Assembly: GCA_002269645.1 (NCBI GenBank)
Contig: NIVC01000827.1
Span: forward strand, 401,929-465,928
Source of the DNA: Macrostomum lignano
Lineage: Eukaryota
Direction of reading: 5' to 3'
DNA: 64,000 bases
Part shown: positions 54,997-64,000 of the stretch, one piece after another
Layout: the number at the start of each line of letters is the position of its first letter
How positions within the stretch are numbered: position 1 is the stretch's first letter
Program-made: the position numbers and the translations under genes
Notes under the pieces: model-generated
What the model was told of the DNA's origin: nothing
Databases searched by the model: none
The model's input: the letters and a program-made list of their open reading frames with translations, nothing else

Positions 54997-57900
54997 TCTA
55001 CCAATCTGACTCATATTCTACCAATCTGTCTCATATTCTACCAATCTGACTCATATTCTACCAATCTGCCTCATATTCTACCAATCTGTCTCATATTCTA
55101 CCAATCTGTCTCATATTCTACCAATCTGTCTCATATTCTACCAATCTGTCTCATATTCTACCAATCTGCCTCATATTCTACCAATCTGCCTCATATTCTA
55201 CCAATCTGCCTCATATTCTACCAATCTGCCTCATATTCTACCAATCTGTCTCATATTCTACCAATCTGTCTCATATTCTACTAATCTGTCTCATATTCTA
55301 CCAATCTGTCTCATATTCTACCAATCTGTCTCATATTCTACCAATCTGTCTCATATTCTACCAATCTGTCTCAATTTCTACCAATCTGACTCATATTCTA
55401 CCAATCTGTCTCATATTCTATCAATCTGTCTCATATTCTACCAATCTGTCTCATATTCTACCAATCTGCCTCATATTCTACCAATCTGCCTCATATTCTA
55501 CCAATCTGCCTCATATTCTACCAATCTGCCTCATATTCTACCAATCTGCCTCATATTCTACCAATCTGCCTCATATTCTACCAATCTGCCTCATATTCTA
55601 CCAATCTGCCTCATATTCTACCAATCTGTCTCATATTCTACCAATCTGTCTCATATTCTACTAATCTGTCTCATATTCTACCAATCTGTCTCATATTCTA
55701 CCAATCTGTCTCATATTCTACCAATCTGTCTCATATTCTACCAATCTGTCTCAATTTCTACCAATCTGACTCATATTCTACCAATCTGTCTCATATTCTA
55801 CCAATCTGTCTCATATTCTACTAATCTGTCTCATATTCTACCAATCTGTCTCATATTCTACCAATCTGCCTCATATTCTACCAATCTGTCTCATATTCTA
55901 CCAATCTGCCTCATATTCTACCAATCTGTCTCATATTCTACCAATCTGACTCATATTCTACCAATCTGTCTCATATTCTACCAATCTGTCTCATATTCTA
56001 CTAATCTGTCTCATATTCTACCTATCTGCCTCATATTCTACCAATCTGCCTCATATTCTACCAATCTGCCTCATATTCTACCAATCTGCCTCATATTCTA
56101 CCAATCTGCCTCATATTGTACCAATCTGCCTCATATTGTACCAATCTGTCTCATATTCTACCAATCTGCCTCATATTCTACCAATCTGCCTCATATTCTA
56201 CCTATCTGCCTCATATTCTACCAATTTGTCTCATATTCTACTAATCTGTCTCATATTCTACCAATCTGTCTCATATTCTACCAATCTGTCTCATATTCTA
56301 CCAATCTGTCTCATATTCTACCAATCTGTCTCATATTCTACCAATCTGACTCATATTCTACCAATCTGTCTCATATTCTACCAATCTGTCTCATATTCTA
56401 CTAATCTGTCTCATATTCTACCAATCTGTCTCATATTCTACCAATCTGCCTCATATTCTACCAATCTGTCTCATATTCTACCAATCTGCCTCATATTCTA
56501 CCAATCTGTCTCATATTCTACCAATCTGACTCATATTCTACCAATCTGTCTCATATTCTACCAATCTGTCTCATATTCTACTAATCTGTCTCATATTCTA
56601 CCAATCTGCCTCATATTCTACCAATCTGCCTCATATTCTACCAATCTGCCTCATATTCTACCAATCTGCCTCATATTCTACCAATCTGCCTCATATTCTA
56701 CCAATCTGCCTCATATTGTACCAATCTGTCTCATATTCTACCAATCTGCCTCATATTCTACCAATCTGTCTCATATTCTACCAATCTGTCTCATATTCTA
56801 CCAATCTGTCTCATATTCTACTAATCTGTCTCATATTCTACTAATCTGTCTCATATTCTACCAATCTGCCTCATATTCTACCAATCTGTCTCATATTGTA
56901 CCAATCTGTCTCATATTCTACCTATCTGCCTCATATTCTACCAATCTGCCTCATATTCTACCAATCTGCCTCATATTCTACCAATCTGCCTCATATTCTA
57001 CCAATCTGCCTCATATTGTACCAATCTGCCTCATATTGTACCAATCTGTCTCATATTCTACCAATCTGCCTCATATTCTACCAATCTGTCTCATATTCTA
57101 CCAATCTGTCTCATATTCTTCCAATCTGTCTCATATTCTACCAATCTGCCTCATATTCTACCAATCTGTCTCATATTCTACCAATCTGTCTCATATTCTA
57201 CCAATCTGCCTCATATTCAACCAATCTGCGTCATATTCTACCAATCTGTCTCATATTCTACCAATCTGTCTCATATTCTACCAATCTGTCTCATATTCTA
57301 CCAATCTGACTCATATTCTACCAATCTGTCTCATATTCTACCAATCTGTCTCATATTCTACTAATCTGTCTCATATTCTACCAATCTGTCTCATATTCTA
57401 CCAATCTGCCTCATATTCTACCAATCTGTCTCATATTCTACCAATCTGCCTCATATTCTACCAATCTGTCTCATATTCTACCAATCTGACTCATATTCTA
57501 CCAATCTGTCTCATATTCTACCAATCTGTCTCATTTTCTACTAATCTGCCTCATATTCTACCAATCTGCCTCATATTCTACCAATCTGCCTCATATTCTA
57601 CCAATCTGCCTCATATTCTACCAATCTGCCTCATATTCTACCAATCTGCCTCATATTGTACCAATCTGCCTCATATTCTACCAATCTGTCTCATATTCTA
57701 CCAATCTGCCTCATATTCTACCAATCTGTCTCATATTCTACCAATCTGTCTCATATTCTACCAATCTGTCTCATATTCTACTAATCTGTCTCATATTCTA
57801 CCAATCTGTCTCATATTCTACCAATCTGTCTCATATTTTACCAATCTGCCTCATATTCTACCAATCTGTCTCATATTCTACCTATCTGCCTCATATTCTA

Positions 57901-58190
57901 CCAATCTGCCTCATATTCTACCAATCTGCCTCATATTCTACCAATCTGCCTCATATTCTACCAATCTGCCTCATATTGTACCAATCTGCCTCATATTGTA
58001 CCAATCTGACTCATATTCTACCAATCTGCCTCATATTCTACTAATCTGTCTCATATTCTACCAATCTGTCTCATATTCTACCAATCTGTCTCATATTCTA
58101 CCAATCTGCCTCATATTCTACCAATCTGCGTCATATTCTACCAATCTGTCTCATATTCTACCAATCTGCCTCATATTCTACCAATCTATT
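54997..58190. repeat. 20-nt minisatellite (CCAATCTGYCTCATATTCTA)n, about 160 units
   Basis: Direct reading; perfect 20-nt phase throughout. Confidence 0.98.
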
Positions 58191-59019
58191 CTAATACCTT
58201 CTACTTTTTCAAGCCACATTCTACTATACCAATCTTCCTTCTACTACTCTACAAATCTACCTTCTACTCTACAAATCTACCTTCCACTCAACCTATCTAC
58301 CTTCTACTCTACCAATCTACAGTCTACTCTACCAATCTACTTCTACTCTATTAATCTACTTTCTACTCTCTCACAGTCTGCCTGCCACCTCACCCTACGT
58401 CCCTCTCAAAATGTCATTCGCATTTTTTCATATCAAAGCCAATGCCAGAGAGGCCATGCAGACGAAAACATTGCGTGTCTTGGAGGCAGAGACAGAGAGA
58501 TGGAGAGAGAAATGCACAGCCTTGCCAACTGACACTCAGTGCATTGAGTCAGCAGCGCTCCCAGACACCAGAGAGGGACTTTGAGCTTGTTAATCTAGTG
58601 CAGCACGATAGAGTATCATCAAAGTCAGGGCGCGGGCCCTTTATCGGTAAAAACAGACAGACAAGGGGAGTCGCTGTTTCCAAGCAGGCCTTGTTGCTGC
58701 TTCGGCCCCTTTGATGTTTTCTGGAGAGTGGAAAATGATGCTTGCAGTTGAATGCTTACTCGCTTCACTGATCAGTTTTATGGTTTAGTCTTGAAATAAT
58801 CTCAAAAAACAGTATTTGGGATTATCTCGTTTTGAAGAAGCCAGATTTAATATAAAATCTTATCTGAATTAAAGAATAATGATTAGGCATGGAAAGTATG
58901 AGAAAATAGGACAATATGAGATGAAGAAGGAAGCTGAAATGAGGCTCGACTACTAGTATTGAAGAATATGATTAGAAAAGAAAAGAAGAGAGATTCGAGA
59001 AGAAGACAGTGGGTAGGAG

Positions 59020-59502
59020 AGAGTGAGAAGGAGAGGGAGGAGAGGGAGAGGGAGAAGGAGAGGGAGAGGGAGAGGGAGAGGGAGAGGGAGAGGGAGAGGG
59101 AGAAGGAGAGGCAGAAACGAGTAGGAGGCACAGTGAGGGTCAGGGAGAAGGAGAGGCAGAAACGAGTAGGAGGCACAGTGAGGGTCAGGGAGAAGGAGAG
59201 GCAGAAACGAGTAGGAGGCACAGTGAGGGTCAGGGAGAAGGAGAGGCAGAAACGAGTAGGAGGCACAGTGAGGGTCAGGGAGAAGGAGAGGCAGAGACGA
59301 GTAGGAGGCACAGTGAGGGTCAGGGAGAAGGAGAGGCAGAGACGAGTAGGAGGCACAGTGAGGGTCAGGGAGAAGGAGAGGCAGAGTCGAGTAGGAGGCA
59401 CAGTGAGGGTCAGGGAGAAGGAGAGGCAGATCCGAGTAGGAGGCACAGTGAGGGTCAGGGAGAAGGAGAGGCAGATCCGAGTAGGAGGCACAGTGAGGGT
59501 CA
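59020..59502. repeat. (GAGGGA)n followed by a 45-nt repeat (GAGAAGGAGAGGCAGAAACGAGTAGGAGGCACAGTGAGGGTCAGG)n
   Basis: Direct reading; about 9 units. Confidence 0.94.
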
Positions 59503-60125
59503 GGCTGCAGTTGAGAAGACTCAGCGCAGCAAGTCGGAGTGAACGCCAAAAGTAACAGCAGCAGCAGCAGTGGCAACAGTCAGAGCCAGACAGGAAGCAA
59601 CAAAATTAACAAAAGAAAGAGAAAAAATGTGCATTTCTACGGTCCAAAATAGTTTTGGAGTAAAAATACGCTCGTACTAGCAATTTTGTTGCTATCAGGA
59701 GCTTTGATAGACATACATTCTGCAAAACGTACTGAAGCCAGGGTTAATAATGTAGCCACTTCCTGTGCGAGTATGTTTCCAGTTATTGAAACTGAATATA
59801 AATTAGTAACCATATAAGCTAAGGCTGGAGAAGATATGGTCTGTTTATTCTAAGCCCCTTGGCTGAAGTTTTGGCTGGAATTATGCCAACTGTTTGTGTC
59901 ATCTACATGTAGCAATGTGAAGTAATTAGAGCGAAATTCTATTTGAACTGCATGGCTAACATTGGTTTTCTATAGGCATTTCTAACCAGACTTATGCTTC
60001 TATAAATATTATTAGTCATTGCTGATTACTCAATATTTGTTTAGACAAAGTTGAATGCTTTAAGTTGCATCTGTGAGGCCTAAAGGAGTCATTTGTTGCT
60101 GGTTTGCCCAAATTTATACTCAGGA

Positions 60126-60842
60126 TAGAGTCTATGACCGCCCTATGATCTTTTGGATAGAGGCTATGACCGCTCTATGATCTTTTGGATAGAGGCTATG
60201 ACCGCTCTATGATCTTTTAGATAGAGGCTATGACCGCTCTATGATCTTTTGGATAGAGGCTATGACCGCTCTATGATCTTTTGGATAGAGGCTATGACCG
60301 CTCTATGATCTTTTGGATAGAGGCTATGACCGCTCTATGATCTTTTAGACAGAGTCTATGACCGCCCTATGATCTTTTAGATTGAGGCTATGACCGCTCT
60401 ATGATCTTTTAGACAGAGACTATGACCGCTCTATGATCTTTTAGATTGAGGCTATGACCGCTCTATGATCTTTTAGACAGAGTCTATGACCACCCTATGA
60501 TCTTTTGAATAGAGACTATGACCGCTCTATGATCTTTTAGATTGAGTCTATGACCGCTCTATGATCTTTTAGATTGAGTCTATGACTGCTCTATGATCTT
60601 TTAGATTGAGTCTATGACCGCCCTATGATCTTTTAGACAGAGTCTATGACCGCCCTATGATCTTTTGAATAGAGACTATGACCGCTCTATGATCTTTTAG
60701 ATTGAGTCTATGACCACTCTATGATCTTTTAGATTGAGTCTATGACCGCTCTATGATCTTTTAGATAGAGGCTAAGACCGTTCTATGATCTTTTAGATAG
60801 AGGCTATGACCGCTCTATGATCTTTTAGATAGAGGCTAAGAC
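60126..60842. repeat. 32-nt minisatellite (ATAGAGGCTATGACCGCTCTATGATCTTTTRG)n
   Basis: Direct reading; about 22 units. Confidence 0.95.
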
Positions 60843-61156
60843 CTATTTCTACCATCTTATACTTAAGCTTGACCAATTTCTATCATTTAGACCGAGGCAG
60901 GACTACCTGACTTCAGACCTCTCAAATGTGAAAAAAGCAAAGAATGCAAAAAATGAAATTACTTACTGGAACCGTTGCTATCATTTAGTAGTTAAGCCGA
61001 CAAATTCTTTTATAAAGCCGAGCCTTCTCTGTAATGACAAGCTGCTTTTCAGTTTTTTTCTCTACTTTTCTGCCAGCTGGAAAACCTGTGTGAGGTCCTT
61101 AACTCCAAACCCTCACCAGGCGCGTCAGCGCATGTTTCAACCAGTGGTCAACGCTG

Positions 61157-61182
61157 ATTGGCTGGGCTACGAACCAGCCAAT
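61157..61182. promoter_or_regulatory. Inverted pair of CCAAT boxes (ATTGGCTGG-N8-CCAGCCAAT)
   Basis: Perfect 9-bp inverted repeat in unique sequence; matches the NF-Y consensus. Confidence 0.3.
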
Positions 61183-62023
61183 GAGAGTCGACTAACTGTG
61201 TTATACAGATTTCAATGAATGATAAGCGATGCCTCCAGTGTGTGGCCTGTCATGGAGTGTTCGATAAAAGTGTATGGACAAGAGCCGTTGATTGCTACTA
61301 CAAAATACTGTTTGACCTAAAAAGCGAAATGCAACCAAAACTCTTGATTGTCTATGGTAAATCCATGGCGGATGGCGGGCACCCTGGCGAAACATACCTG
61401 CGCGCAAATACTGTACGCATTCACGCACTCACATACACGTTCACACAGTGTGTACATCGGTCCTGACTGTCTAATCGTCAGGCACGTACACTCCTGACTC
61501 TCGGTAGCTCTCTTGTGGTCGTGGCCAGAGAGTCAGACGCTTCCAAAGTTTCCTTTTCATATTAGGCAATTTTAGTACTCCATGAACTACTATGCGACCT
61601 ACAGCACAGCTTTGGTAGTAACAGTGGCCAGTGCAATTAATAACTTTTGACTTCTATCTCTTCTGCAGAAGACAGCGAAGCAACATGCTGCGCCCCCGTC
61701 AGGGGCTTTGGTGGCCGACTTAAAATTTTTTTCAGTTCTGTTTCTATGTGTCGCCAAAAACTAAGTTTCTGCTTTCGCAAAACCGCGCGGTGACTTCTGG
61801 GGGGAGCCGGGGCACAGTGAGAGAGAAGAATGATTAGGGTGAGGATTTACTAAGCTTGCCTCCAGGCTGTTGGATGGCCCACCGGGGACTGTGGAGACTG
61901 GGTAGGGTCGAGCCCCATAGACAGACAGATGGCGGAATTCACATCGCTGCCCGTGACACGTCATAAATCAATCTAGGGGCGCTTGGTCGTGGCAAGCAGA
62001 TGGGTACTGTTGAAAGATTCTCT

Positions 62024-63373
<1,350 letters not shown>

Positions 63374-63915
63374 GCGATGGACGAATGAACAGCAGGAGCC
63401 ACTGACCCTCTAAAGTGAGTTTTTACTGCTCCCTCAGTCGAGTTTCTTATTTTACTGCTTCCACAAGAGCTGCTTTCGACTTTCTGGCTGGAACATCAGG
63501 GCAGGCAAGTCAGTCCGCTAGTAAAAAATGATTCCGCAGACATTTTTGGCACAGATTTTTGTCCAGTTCGTCCCAACTCGCTTTTTTTTGCCTGGCTGGA
63601 CGATGCAGAGAGGCGGGCGGGGGCAGCAAAGTGGGTGAAACTCGCCGCGCAGTTCGGCTTTTAGGGGGGGGGGGTGGCAGAGATGCTTAGGGATGGCACA
63701 CTGCACTGCAGCAATGGGATATTGACAATTAAGCCTGTGGCTTCGATTCTTTTCGCAATAATTTACGTCAGTAGCTTCCGCCGTTGCGGTATTGGCGCAA
63801 TCTGCCGCTAGTGTGCATGTTTTTGCCATGTTTTCGTTAGTGGGAGTTGGAGATCAAAGTATGCGGTATCATTTTGAAATTGTGTAAGCTTTTCCATTGG
63901 ACTGTGCAGTGATAG

Positions 63916-63988
63916 ACTGACTGACTGACTGACTGACTGACTGACTGACTGACTGACTGACTGACTGACTGACTGACTGACTGACTGA
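63916..63988. repeat. (GACT)n microsatellite
   Basis: Direct reading. Confidence 0.93.
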
Positions 63989-64000
63989 AAGACACGAGAC

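Noticed and set aside
58430-58600. Coiled-coil-looking peptide (AMQTKTLRVLEAETERWREKC) on the + strand
   Set aside because: Short, no recognisable domain, and no linked exons found.
59500-59576. Signal-peptide-like LLLLLLLLAFTPTCCAES on the minus strand
   Set aside because: TTG start, runs into a 45-nt repeat, and the protocadherin already has its own ATG and leader.
60126-60842. CRISPR-like array (32-nt palindromic repeat)
   Set aside because: No unique spacers, no cas genes, eukaryotic context.
61761-61964. ORF with CHGQRCEFRH resembling a CCCH finger end
   Set aside because: Spacing is C-x4-C-x3-H with no upstream Cys pair and no convincing splice context.

Overview
Eukaryotic (metazoan) genomic DNA, about 55-60% tandem repeat by my rough tally. 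The style (GC-rich small exons, Ser/Ala/Gln runs, a different minisatellite in almost every intron) resembles the flatworm Macrostomum; that assignment is inference. Two convergent genes were reconstructed with phase-consistent GT-AG junctions. The first is a + strand synaptotagmin-like tandem-C2 gene (exons 8503-8712, 11871-12094, ~16283-16720, 21620-21740, 21889-22211; 5' end unresolved). The second is a - strand protocadherin with 7 cadherin repeats (8 coding exons from 54026 to 28561, about 1182 aa, with signal peptide, TM segment and a C-terminal SSFV). A nearly intact LOA/R1-group non-LTR retrotransposon (45377-~50122; ORF1, then TAATG-coupled ORF2 with APE-RT-RNase H-CCHC, one 1-nt frameshift, (TAAG)n tail) lies antisense in a protocadherin intron. 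It is flanked by a 468-bp direct duplication of host sequence (half an exon, its donor and part of a minisatellite), which leaves the gene intact. Several intronic minisatellites are built from splice-site consensus on the sense strand: CAG|GTGAGG arrays, a 49-nt unit copying the real exon/intron junction, and a 25-nt acceptor-like unit. Most long ORFs in the supplied track are repeat artefacts. Repeat boundaries are approximate.
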